Shown: positions 40,108-52,655 of the stretch, piece after piece
How positions within the stretch are numbered: position 1 is the first letter of the stretch
Layout: every line of letters starts with the position of its first letter
Made by a program: the position numbers and the translations under genes
NCBI RefSeq assembly: GCF_006345805.1
Contig: NC_043006.1
Span: 98,456,001 to 98,520,000, forward strand
Direction of reading: 5' to 3'
DNA from: Octopus sinensis
Lineage: Eukaryota
DNA length: 64,000 nucleotides
The notes under the pieces: model-generated
Told to the model about the DNA's origin: nothing
What the model saw: the letters and a program-made list of their open reading frames with translations, nothing else
Database searches by the model: none

Positions 40108-42310
40108 CGCTCTAGAAAACGGACATCACTCAAAACTATGAACGGAGAAATGGAATAAATGGAATTAAAAATTATATTCACGTTGGTAAAACGAACACTA
40201 CTTAAAAATTATGAATGAAACAATGCAATAAAACAACAGACATCGCAAATAGACACAAATTACTACAAATTCCTTATCAAACCTACCATGATAACCAAAA
40301 CTCATAAAAAACTATAATGATAAAATCTCCTTTACTAAACTCTATAACAAAACTATATAGCAATCCCCCTAACCTAAACATTCACACACAAATACACACA
40401 CGTAAACCACACACCCACGACATATACAAATACCCACACCACTTACACATACCAATACATACATATAAACCTCAACATATACTCCAAAAACCCACTCAAC
40501 CCCACAACAGACAAAAATAAACACAAAAATTATGAATGGATTCTTTTATAAAACTACCATGATAAACTAAAACTCACAAAACAGAAATGATAAACCTCCC
40601 TTCACAAAACACTAAAACATACTTATATAGCAATTCCTTTAACCTATACATTCACACACAAAACCACTCGTAAACACACACCCCATAACAAATACAAACT
40701 CCCACCCCACTCACACACACCCAGAAGTACATATAAGCCTCAACATATACACCAAACAAAATTACTTTACCAAGAACTTAACATATATATAAAAAGTATA
40801 ACCGCTCTGGAAACGAACATCTCTAAATTAATGAATGGAGAAATGGAATAAATGGAATTAAAATAAAATTCACGTGGCAAAACGAACACCACTCAAAAAT
40901 TATGAATGAAACAATATATAATAAAAAACTAACATCGAAAATATACAAATTACTACGAAATTCCCTAAAAAAACCATGATAAACCAAAACTCTTAAAAAA
41001 CATATAACGATAAATCTCCCTTTGCTAAACTCTATAACAAACCTATATAGTAATCCCCCTAACCTAAACATTCACACACACCACACGTAAACCACAGACC
41101 CACGACTTATACACATACCTAAACTAACTTATAAACCTCCATATACACCAAAACCCACTCCCTCCCACACAGACAAATTAACTCATACATCCCAAAACCT
41201 AAATAACAAACCCATATACACATTCACACACAAACACACACACACACAAAACACACACACACAACAGATACATATACTCCCTCACATATACGCATATACA
41301 TACTCACTAAACTCAATATATACAACATATTTACACACCCACACTCATACAGATAAATAAATTATACAACTAAAAACTCGCACACAATCTCATATACATA
41401 AACACTCCTATGAAAACAACATTAAATACATCGTAATAAACAGAATATCAAAATAACAATATGACATAAAGGTAAATAAAATACATACTTACAATTCAGT
41501 GTCAAATTATGAAGTGAAATTAAATTCTTAGCCGTTAAAAAATCAAACCAAAATTACGTTACCATAGAAATAACTTATGTAAAAAAAGATTAACAAACAA
41601 CTTGCAGTAACCCAAACCCATTCTCTATGCCTACCTCACTACTACACTATTCCATTCACAATTCCAAACAATGCTAGTCCACCTCCCGGTTATTCACGTG
41701 GCAAAACGAACACCACTCAAAAATTATGAATGAAACAATGTAATAAAACAACCAACAACGAAAATAGACAAATTACCACGAATTCCCTAAAAAAACCATG
41801 ATAAACCAAAACTCCTAAAAACATATAACGATAAATCTCCCTTTGCTAAACTCTATAACAAACCTATATAGCAATCTCCCTAACCTAAACATTCACACAC
41901 AAATACACACTCGTAAACCACAGACCCACGACTTATACACATACCTATACTAACTTATAAACCTCAATATACACCAAAACCCACTCCCTCCCACACAGAC
42001 AAATTAACACATACATCCCAAAACCTAACTAACAAACCCATATACACATTCACACACAAACACACACACACGCAAAACACACACACACAACAGATACATA
42101 TACTCCCTCACATATACGCATATACATACTCACTAAACTCAATATATACAACAATATTTACACACCCACACTCATACAGATAAATAAATTAAACAACTAA
42201 AAACTCGCACACAATCTCATATAGATAAACACACCTATGAAAAACAACATTAAATACATCGTAATTAACCAGAATATCAAAAATAACAATATGACATAAG
42301 GATAAATATG
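40108..42310 (+). repeat. Four diverged tandem copies of a G-poor unit, probably PLE pseudo-LTRs
   Basis: Marker cacgtggcaaaacgaacaccactcaaaaattatgaatg near 40179, 40871 and 41695, with a partial copy near 40526; copies at about 40108-40525, 40526-40760, 40803-41480 and 41690-42310. Confidence 0.85.
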
Positions 42311-42327
42311 TATGTATATATATATAG

Positions 42328-42393
<66 letters not shown>
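42328..42393. repeat. (AGAT)n microsatellite
   Basis: Direct run. Confidence 0.95.
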
Positions 42394-42394
<1 letters not shown>

Positions 42395-42474
42395 CAGATA
42401 TACATACACGAACACATATATCTACAGTTATATGCATTTTTGTCTGTGAGTGTGTATATGTATATAGATGGATA

Positions 42475-42706
42475 TATTTCTTTACTACCCACAAGGGGCT
42501 AAACACAGAGGGGACAAACAAGGACAGACAATCGGGTTAAGTCGATTACATCGACCACAGTGCGTAACTGGTACTTAATTTATCGACCCCGAAATGATGA
42601 AAGGCAAAGCAACCTCGGCGGAATTTGAACCCAGAACGTAACGGCAGACGAAATACGGCTGCGCATTTCGCCCGGCGTGCTCAAGTTTCTGCCAGCTCGT
42701 CGCCTT
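42475..42706 (-). mobile_element. SINE family A, full length (a degenerate copy follows at ~42800-42932)
   Basis: Reverse complement of the family A head, body and tail. Confidence 0.9.
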
Positions 42707-43665
42707 TTGATCGTCAAATATAATCCATTCCACTGTTGGTACAAACACTGAAATTGTTTATGTGGCACGTCTAAGTAGATCGCATTGACACATGTGCTCA
42801 AATGCTACTTATTTAATCGACGGAGAATAAATAAAAGGTGAATCAAACTCGATGGAGTTTGAACTCAACGAAGTCGGACAAAATGCCGCTGGACTTTCGT
42901 CCGGCGCGCTACCAATTCTGCCAACTAGCGACATTAGCTTCAATTATAAAGAAAAGTGATATTTGTTCCGACATGATAATATCAATATTCAAATCCTACC
43001 GAAGTCAATAAATCCAAATCGGCTTTCAAAATTGAAAAACAAATATAGATAGCAGCGTTTTACAATGATAGGTAACATCCTCAAAGTGGAAATAGATTCG
43101 GTCCACTGATTCTCGATGCCCATCATTCCCCGTATGTCATAACATTGTCCATTCCTCTCTATGAAGAGCTCATGGATAAAACATACAAAATGTGTGCTCG
43201 TGGATATCTATATGACAAACAAAATAGCTTGTTATAAATTCACAGGGAGAGATAGAGTAGTAATATGTAGTAATTTGTAAAGGGTTTAGCCTGACCAACG
43301 TGGCAGATGAATGATGCTTCTAAATTCACCCCAGTTGGAATCTCCGCCAGCTGGTTTTCGGTGCAATCTCAGCACCATTTTATGTACAATACCTTGCAAG
43401 CATGAAGTAGGGCGGACACCAACTACCGTCCAACAGCAGGTAGAATCGCGCGACCGGCCGCTTTTCGAGTTATTTCGCTCACGTCAGACGCACTCACCTA
43501 CGCTGTTGAGTGTACCTATAAGATCTGCATCTGCCAGCGATATAGCGTAAACAAAATGACCATCGGTCACTGATATCCAGTAAACAGAATAGCTAGCTAT
43601 AAAATCTCAAGATGAGTAGTAACGTATACTAAACAGTAAAGCAAGTAGCCACATGAAAATCGCAT

Positions 43666-43892
43666 GACTTGTTTCAGCCATTTGACTGCGACCATATTGG
43701 AGCACCGCTTTTAGTCGAGCAAATCGACCCCAGGGCTTATTCTTTGGAAGCCTAGTACTTATTCTATCGGTCTATTTTGCGGAACCGCTAAGTTACGGGG
43801 ACGTAAACAGACTAGCATCGGTTGTCAACTGATGATCGGGGAGACACGTAGTGGTTTGAACCCAGAACTATGTGGTTGGTAAGCAAGTTACA
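43666..43892 (-). mobile_element. SINE family B with internal deletion
   Basis: Tail half joined directly to the head fragment gaacccagaactatgtggttggtaagcaag. Confidence 0.8.
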
Positions 43893-44145
43893 ACTAATAC
43901 ATCGCCAGGAGGAGAAACGAACCGCTGCTGCTCTCCAAAAGCTGACAAGATCGCGCGACAGGCCGGTTCGCGCTATTTCGTTCACGCCAGATGCGAGCAC
44001 ATGCGCAGTGGAGTGAAGATCTGCTTCTGTCAGCGATATATTGTAAACAAAGTGACCATCGTTCACTGATTTGCAACAATTGAAATGCAAGTTTTAAAAT
44101 GTGAAGAAAAGATAGAGTAGCAACGTATACTAAACATGTATGAAC

Positions 44146-44513
44146 GTTACTATTAGTTTAACCCGAGGCGGATTCTCCACCAGTAGGTTTTTTCCGTAGA
44201 GGCTCTGTGCCCTTTATGTTCAATACAACGCTAGCAGTAGGGGAGGGCGAACCTCTGCTACTTTCCAACAGCTGAGGGGGATCACGGGACCGACCGGTTT
44301 CAAGTTATTTGGCTCCAGTCAGTAGCGCGCACCTAGGTATTGGAATGTAGCTAAGACCCGCAGCTGCTTTAAATTGCTTCAAACCAGACGGTCCAGCGAT
44401 CCTGCCAGTTGTTGGAGGGTAGTAGAGGCTCCCTCTTCTAGCGATGTTTTGTACATAAAGGGTGCAGAAAATCAGTCGGCGGAGGATCCGCCTGGGGTCA
44501 AACTAGTAGCAAC
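44146..44513. mobile_element. MITE-like element with 36 bp imperfect inverted repeats
   Basis: 44146-44181 versus the reverse complement of 44478-44513: 30 of 36 identical; the right arm contains a GGCGGA/TCCGCC hairpin. Confidence 0.7.
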
Positions 44514-45066
44514 ATTAATCTGCCACTTGCGTGTGGCTACTCGCTTTACTATATATGTATGTGTGTGTGTGTATGTGTATCTATGTATATATATATATAT
44601 ATGGATACACTTGAAGGTGTATGGTTCAGTGTTTAGATCGTTGAACCGAGCTGTGTTTTATGTTCTTGATTAAGATCCTTTATTTTATGTTACTCTAGCT
44701 CACTGTAGAAATGACTTGCCTCATCACTGGTGCCAAGGGGTATCCGCCTCTGCCTTTCTTTTCGATAACATTGGTGGTGTGGAGAGGACAGACTTGTATA
44801 ATTGTGCGACTGCTGGTCTTCCATAAACAAGCTTGCCTGGACAAGTACCTCGGAGGGTAACATTTTAGGTGCAATCCCGTGGTCATTCATGACCGATTGG
44901 CGTCTGTTCTCTTTACTCACACACACACACACTCACATATCTATTGATCTATCTATACATACAATTATATATACACCCCATTCATATATATGATCACAGG
45001 CTCAATGCTTTCTACAAGGACTAGATATCTGGTGAGAGAGCGTCAACAGAAATAGGAAGGAAGATC

Positions 45067-45451
45067 TAAGACATTTATTGTAAAGAAAATATTACATCAA
45101 TCTAGATTACACCATTTGCAATGTCAACCGTGAGAAATCGTGTGATTAATTATACGTTTTCAACAGGGAAACAAGGAAACAAAATGAGTATCAAAGGATT
45201 GTGTTACAATCCGTACATGTTTATGTTTGGATACGGCAATGAAACACAATCTTAATTGTTTGGAAATATCAAACCAGTGCGTGAGGTTTGTAAACCCTGC
45301 CTGTTTATTTGTTCCTTTTGCACGAATGTGCAGAATGAAAGCAGACATTTTCTTCTCCTAACTTGTGCATTACCGATTATCAAAATATATAACTCGTCTT
45401 AAAAATCTCCAGCAAAATGGTAACGAAATTTCAAACCCCGCTCTATGTACA
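45067..45451. repeat. ~385 bp dispersed repeat, copy 2, flanked by 62 bp direct repeats
   Basis: Direct repeats at 44997-45058 and 45450-45511. Confidence 0.92.
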
Positions 45452-45970
45452 GGCTCAATACTTTCTACAAGGACTATGGATCTGGTGACAGAGCGTCAAC
45501 AGAAATAGGAAACCTCGACGAGTCTTAGTAAAGGCACACTTGAAATCGTTGGTGGTTTTTAAATTTTGTGATGAACTAAAGCCACTGTACGTGTACACCA
45601 AAGGGGGATTCGAAGCTTAACTACCAAGAACCCATTACCCATTTCAGGTAATTTTTCCCACGATATCGCTATATCACTTTCGACGTTTACTTGTAATTAT
45701 CAGAACATGGAAACGGCAAAATATTCTGCAAACATGTTGTCCCTTACGGAAAGTTGTCTGTATGCAGTCACAAACACATACTCCATACTCACATGCACGT
45801 TCACACATCCAGACTTACATACAGGTAGAAGAATCATTCACGCATATGTGCTGACACGTAAAGTATGCATGGTATTACATATATGGCATAAGTCTGCTTT
45901 ATCTATACACCAGTAATTCCTATATAAGAGACGCGTGTCTTTGTCAATACTGAATCCCAGCCACTTGATA

Positions 45971-46383
45971 TACTCTTTTACTCTTTTACTTGTTTCAGTC
46001 ATCTGACTGCGGCCATGCTGGAGCACCGCCTTTAGTCGAGCAAATCGACCCCGGGACTTATTCTTTGTAAGCCCAGTACTTATTCTATCGTTCTTTTGCC
46101 GAACCGCTAAGTGACGGGGACGTAAATACACCAGCATCGGTTGTCAGGCAATGCTAGGGGTACAAACACAGACACACACAAACACACACACATACATATA
46201 CATATATATACATATATACGACAGGCTTCTTTCAGTTTCCGTCTACAAAATCCACTCACAAGGCATTGGTCGTCCCGGGGCTATAGCAGAAGACACTTGC
46301 CCAAGATGCCATGCAGTGGGGCTGAACCAAGAACCATGTGGTTGGTTAGCAAGCTACTTACCACACAGCCACTCCTACGCCTA
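45971..46383 (-). mobile_element. SINE family B, full length
   Basis: Best-preserved family B copy. Confidence 0.93.
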
Positions 46384-48113
46384 TATGGAGACAAATATTA
46401 AATATCAGACGGAAATAAGTAGAGAACTTAACGACCTCAGTCCGCATCAAACCTAGACAACATTGAATGACTAAACGAGTACGATGAAAATGTCAGAAGT
46501 TTATATCTTGAGACAGCACAGAAATTAACACAAAGAGAGTGCTACCTACACAACATTCAGTAAAATGTATTTGTTTGAAAGTGCATATGATAGCAGTAAT
46601 TGGTATTTTTCAGCTCAAAAAGCGGTATAAAAAATAAATTATATTCTCAATTGAAATTTCTATACTGACTTCTGAGTTATCTCTGTAGTTGCAAGCCGAT
46701 ATTGATGTTGCATATAACTTCGTTCTGTTTATGCATTCTTCAATAATTGGTGATATGATTGTATCTACATAATGGAGATGTGAAATCATTTCTATCGTGG
46801 AGTCGTCTTTTTCTTCGTTTCCTGTTCCCATAAACAAGATAGATATGTATTACATTTCTCACATTGACATATTGACATATTCGATATAACTAAGAGAAAG
46901 AAACGGGTTTTGCATACATGACTCTACCTTCTAACATAATCAACAAACTAAATTAAAATCCTGAAATTTGATACAGCACAAAATGATGAATATTTAAAGA
47001 AAGAATTTGAATAGAATATTGAATTTTTCATTCGAAAGAGATGTCCTCACTTCTCTTATAAAAACATTAATTTCGATCAACTTGGTTTTAAATCATAGTT
47101 GGTGAAGTTTATTTTAAAAAGCGAAAAGTAAAATTCATACAAATTAAATCTGATAGCTGGAAAATAATCAAATTTTCCAAATAATAATATTTTTGTCGCA
47201 ATATTATATCAAATAGTTCATTTCCAAACAAAACGTTAAATATTGATTTAACTGTTTAATTTCTCTTTTCGGAAAGATAAAATTTATATTAGATATAAAG
47301 TTTCCTCATTTGTTTAACTACAGAATTTAGCTAGTTGACGAAATTAAATTGTTGCTTCGTACCTAATAATTCACCTGGATATTCAAACTACAGTAATTAA
47401 GTAAAATCATTTAATATCACCAAGGAGGTACTTGCAAGATAAATATTCTTGAAAACGCGGCGTCATTCCAATTTTGAAATTTCTACAGAAATGCTTTCAC
47501 TCAATGTATGGCTTGTCTCAACAAATAAAATTTATCTATCCAAGGAATAATTCTATATAATCCATCCACGTATTATAATTAGATACAAAACATGTTACAT
47601 AATAAAACAAAAAATCTTCACTTTCCAACTCATAACATATATATTAAATTAAAAAATAAACAACAAATTCATATCACTGTTAATTCTAAGGTTTATATGA
47701 TTGTAAGCTTAATATGAAATACTTTATTTATACCGATTTAAAATATACTTAAATAATAATACATAATTATATTCTATTGGAAAGAATGATCGGTAACTGT
47801 CGATACATTTTGTGAGCAAAGAATCATTTACCGTTCCTACAATTTGAAGGAGAATTATTACTTTATGTGCGTGTGTGTGCGCGCGTGTGTATTTTATAAA
47901 CGTAAGGAACAGAAATTTGTGTAAGTTTAAATGGAGTAGCTCCAGAGTGTAATTAACAATAATAGTAAACTTTAAAAGAAGCAGAAATTACTCTAAACAC
48001 TGTGTATATAATTACCGATACGTGCTACACATTGAATAGGCTCAAAAATGTGGAAACCATCTCATCATTCTTCCACCGAAGTTATTGTTCATGTTAACCT
48101 GAAATTAAAGTTC

Positions 48114-48177
<64 letters not shown>

Positions 48178-48227
48178 ATATATATATTATCTGTATGTGT
48201 AATATGTGACAATTATTCGTTAGCCAT

Positions 48228-48279
48228 GATAAAACTCCGAGTTTCGGATGCCAGGGGGAAATCCATCTCTTCAGTTATC
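48228..48279 (-). ncRNA. Minimal type I hammerhead ribozyme
   Basis: GATAA-CTGAAGA-GATG(13 nt)CATC-C-GAAACTCGGAGTT-TTATC: 5 bp stem I, near-palindromic stem III, GUU triplet; one extra C before GAAA. Confidence 0.75.
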
Positions 48280-48306
48280 CGGCCATCGGATTTTTTCCGA
48301 TGGCCG

Positions 48307-48367
48307 GATAACTGAAGAGATGGTGGCGTGGATTTCCACCTCGGCATCCGAAACTCGGAGTTTTATT
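48307..48367 (+). ncRNA. Minimal type I hammerhead ribozyme with extended stem II loop
   Basis: GATAA-CTGAAGA-GATG gtggcgtggatttccacctcgg CATC-C-GAAACTCGGAGTT-TTATT. Confidence 0.75.
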
Positions 48368-48458
48368 ATGACTACCGAATATTACACTTACAGACCGATT
48401 CCTCTATTTACATAATAACGAGGTCTCTTTCCTTCTTTTTTTGTTTTATCATTTTTAT

Positions 48459-48490
<32 letters not shown>

Positions 48491-48629
48491 TTGTGTCAGC
48501 TACTGATGGCGGTGTAGCATCTGCAACGGCTGTAGAGGCCCATACGGGAGTAGAAATATTTGGTAGACGAATTTCATTTGAAGATGCTGTCCACTGACGC
48601 TACTGAGTTAAGTTAACAATGTTAGTTTA

Positions 48630-48725
48630 CGCTTTGTATGTGGAGTGCTCAGCCACTTTTATGTTAATTTCACGAGTATGTTCCATTCTTCGTATCAACT
48701 GGAACTCCAGCCGTCGTAACCAACT
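48630..48725 (+). mobile_element. SINE family C 3' fragment
   Basis: tgtggagtgctcagccacttttatgttaatttcacgag...atcaactggaac matches 19580-19650. Confidence 0.65.
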
Positions 48726-49099
48726 GAATGAAAACAGCGCATGCTGGGAAATTTATCAATGAATATACAAAACAGGAAGTGCTTGACAAAATGGCAATGC
48801 CAACAATAAAAAATAGAAGATATAGAGGCTTTCGAATGAAACACACACACACACACATATATATGTGTATGTGTGTATGTGTGTATCTGTGTATATATAA
48901 AGTAAGTGCAGTTATACATGCAACCGGGCATGATTTTCTGTGCAGCTTCTACAGAGCTGCGCATTTGGTCAGTTTTGCAGCGAACATGATATAGCTAATT
49001 GTTTACTAATTAGGGTTCAGCATGAGGCAGGGGGAGGTTGTTTTGAAACTGAAATCTGATCTGTTTGTATGCTTGTGCTTTTGACCCCTGTTTCACATC

Positions 49100-49295
49100 C
49101 GTTGCTATCTGGAGTCAGTGTTCCATGAAACTAGGCTATTTTGGCAAGCTTGTTTGTGTATATTAGCAGTTGGATACATTCAAGTGTATTGCCTGGCATT
49201 TATAATATATATACTGGTTGCGTTGTCTATGTTTGGTAGTATAAATTTGGTAGAATGTAAGCTTGGATGGTTATGGAGAGCCCTAAATTTTTTGA
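49100..49295 (-). pseudogene. Short Nematis-like PLE RT fragment
   Basis: SKNLGLSITIQA and PGNTLECI resemble FKEFGISITVSINL and KPxDTxxYI of the 29.3-30.3 kb element. Confidence 0.4.
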
Positions 49296-49617
49296 GTTAG
49301 GGCTATGTTTTTCTAACGTTCATTTCCCACATAATTGTAGGTAGAACATTGGGTTATCTACAACTTACCTTAAATTTCTTAAGAGTTACAGAATTATTTT
49401 TGCATTCTATGCAAATCTGGAAGAGGATGTTTATTTTTCTTGTTATGTATACAGAAAAGGAGAAAGAAAGCGAGAAAGGGGATATTTTTCTTTTTTCTGT
49501 GAAATGGGTTTTATTGTAATATTTGGGGATGGTCTATGATCAGTATTTGCTCAGAGGTGGTTGATCTTTCAAGCTGTCGATTTTATTCTCTAATGAAAGG
49601 GGAAAGGAAACAGAAGA

Positions 49618-49687
49618 AGGACTAGAAAGAAAGAGAACAGAAGAGAGGAAAGAGGACTAGAAAGAAAGAGAACAGAAGAGAGGAAAG
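49618..49687. repeat. Exact 35 bp tandem duplication (purine-rich)
   Basis: aggactagaaagaaagagaacagaagagaggaaag x2. Confidence 0.9.
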
Positions 49688-50029
49688 AGAGAGGGAAGAA
49701 AGTCAGAGAGAAAAAGGCTTCTTTTCAATTGTTTTGTATGGAGGTGGTCAGGCTGTGGAAGTTTTAATTACTATTCAAAATGTCAACTTTGATTTAGTCA
49801 TAGTTCCTGTAGCATTTCTCCCTTTCTCTTTTTCTCTTTCACTTTCTCTCTCCCTCTCTCTTCCCTCATCTCTCTCGCTCCTTCTCTTATTATATACATA
49901 TTAATATAATTGCAACTATACGCATACATGCACTCACACAAATGCAATACACAATGCACACGATACAAAAAGGAAATATATATATATATATATAAACGCA
50001 CACATAAATACACGTCTATCCACTCAGCC

Positions 50030-50585
50030 ACATGCATACATACATACATACATACATACATACATAATGCATACATACATGCATACATACATACATACAT
50101 ACATACATACTTACATACATACATACGTTCATACATATATACATACATACATGCATACATACATACATGCATACATGCATACACACATACATACATACAT
50201 ACATACACACATACATACATACACACATGCATACATACATACATACATACATACATACATACATACACACATACATACATACACACATACATACACACAT
50301 ACATACACACATGCATACATACATACATACATGCATACATACATACACACATACATACATACATACACACATACATACACACATACATACATAACATACA
50401 TACATACATACATACATACATACATGCATGCATACATACATACATACACACATACATACACACATGCATACATACATACATACATGCATACATACATACA
50501 CACATACATACATACATACACACATACATACACACATACATACACACATACATACATACATACATACATACATACATACACACTC
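50030..50585. repeat. Compound (CATA)n/(CA)n microsatellite
   Basis: About 550 bp of catacata with caca and atgc variants. Confidence 0.95.
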
Positions 50586-50811
50586 ACACATGTGCATATA
50601 TCCGTATGAATGGATGTATATTTTATACTCTCAAAGTGTTTTGAGTGTTAGTTGAGGATTGAAAAAACTGATTCTTAACCAAGTACAGTCACGATTATAA
50701 AACATGAAAGAAATTCAAAATGTCCAAGTTCAATTTAAAACGTAAACACACACTAGCTTCAATATTGATTGATCTTATACTAAATGATACGCATGGAGAG
50801 GAGCGTCACTA

Positions 50812-50844
<33 letters not shown>

Positions 50845-50882
50845 CACACATACGCACATAGATACACCCACACACATATGTG

Positions 50883-50933
<51 letters not shown>

Positions 50934-52320
50934 AATAATAAAGAAAGAAAAAATAAAAACGATAAAAAATTAAAAAATAAATAAATAAATAACTTAATAA
51001 ATAAAATAATATATATATATATAATATATATATATATTATATATATATATATTATATATATATATATAAATGTATAAGTTTAAATTACTTAAATAGTTTT
51101 TTATTTTTAACTTTTATATTTTAAAATTAATTTATGTATTGGCTTATGTTTTCCATTGTTTGATTTGCCTAATAGTGGTTTTATCTCTAATTTAATATAA
51201 TATAATATAATATATTTATACTATAAAATTGGATTTAATCCTAAATCTAATTTTTCCCTGTAAGTTTGGATTTATTCCCTAATATTATTATATATATAAG
51301 CATTTGTGTATGTTTGTGTCTGTTTGCTGACATTTGTATGTGAATAGTTCACGGACCATGAGAGTTATTTGAAGATTCAAGAGTTTAATTTCGCAGACAA
51401 ACAACATCACATCGTAGAATGCCGGTGGTGTCTTTTGTGTATCCGTTGGTAATTATCTGCTCTATTGAGTAGAAACTGGTTACAATACGGCAAAAAAAGG
51501 AACAAGTTAACCTGAAATTAGACGTTGTCCGCACTCAGTCTGTTCTTTTGTGGAAGATTTTTATAAGACAGGCCCTATCCGTTATCTGTATGACTTAACC
51601 ACAGAGCTGCCAGTTACTATGATTCGTGGCGCACAGGATCAAGAAGCAATAGTAACTAAGATGAAATTTCATATCAAGTATGAATGCTATTGAGTGTTTG
51701 CTATAAGGTAAAGTTAAATCTGCTATTAGTATTTTAAAGCTTAGAGCAATATTCTCGCTTTCTTTTGCTATCCAATGGAAAACGCGCAATATCTTCGATG
51801 CAATAATGTATTCCTTCGGGTAACGAAAATGAGATAATTGGAGTCGTTTAGAGACATGGGAAATGTACGTGCTGTTCTCTTTCCAACCACATGGTTTTAG
51901 GTTTGGTCCCGCTGCGTGGCACCTCAGGAACGGTCCTGAATATATAGCCTTGCGCAAGTCAGAGTCTTGTTACTAGGTTTGGTAGAGGAAAACATATATA
52001 GGTATATTCGCAATAACTGACTTTTCGCTGAATCTCAAAGCTCAAATAACATAAAGCTAGGAGACAATTTCCTATTTTCTATTTGTTGGGGAACGTCTCA
52101 TAAAGGAACGGTTCAGATGAAGATAGTTCTTTCTCGAAAAGAGCAATAACTCGACATTGCTTAATAAGCATACTTCTCTTGAGAAAGGAATGCTGTGCTA
52201 CCTTTCTATAAAGCAATAAATTGTTCCTATACCTCAGTACCTGATATAGCAACAGATATTAAATCTGTTTTTAAAACCTCTTAAACTTAACTTGTTTTAT
52301 GCTAAGCTATTATTCACATA

Positions 52321-52655
52321 GGTAGAAGCTTGCTTCCCAACCAAATGGTTTCGGGTTCAATTTCATTGTATGGCACCTTGGGCAAATGGTCTTCTTCTAT
52401 AGCTTCTGGCAGGAAAAAAGCCTTGTGAGTGGATTTGGTAGACGGAAACTGAACTAAGCCCGTCCCCATCACCGCATGGCAAACGGTGTTGGTATGTCTA
52501 CATCCCCGTAACTTAGCAGTTCCTCAAAAGAGACCGATAACATAAGTACCATGCTTTCAAAATTAAGCACTGGTCAAGATCTCTTCAGCTAAAACCTCTG
52601 ATCACAGCATGATCACAGCCAAATTGATGAAACGATTAAAAGATAAGAGATAAAA
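52321..52655 (+). mobile_element. SINE family B-related diverged copy (fragment also at ~51880-51990)
   Basis: ggcaccttgggcaaatg and aagccttgtgagtggatttggtagacggaaactga blocks. Confidence 0.75.

Larger units (their letters stand above)
48189..48461. mobile_element. Double-hammerhead foldback element between (TA)n tracts
   Basis: Perfect 28 bp inverted repeat 48263-48290 / 48296-48323, two outward-pointing HHR motifs, short left arm and long right arm ending in (TA)n. Confidence 0.85.

Noticed and set aside
49798-50655. Long ORFs of 150-261 aa (and similar YI/HT/II-rich ORFs at 22.6-23.1 kb and 26.8-27.1 kb)
   Set aside because: Translations of microsatellites that lack stop codons by composition.
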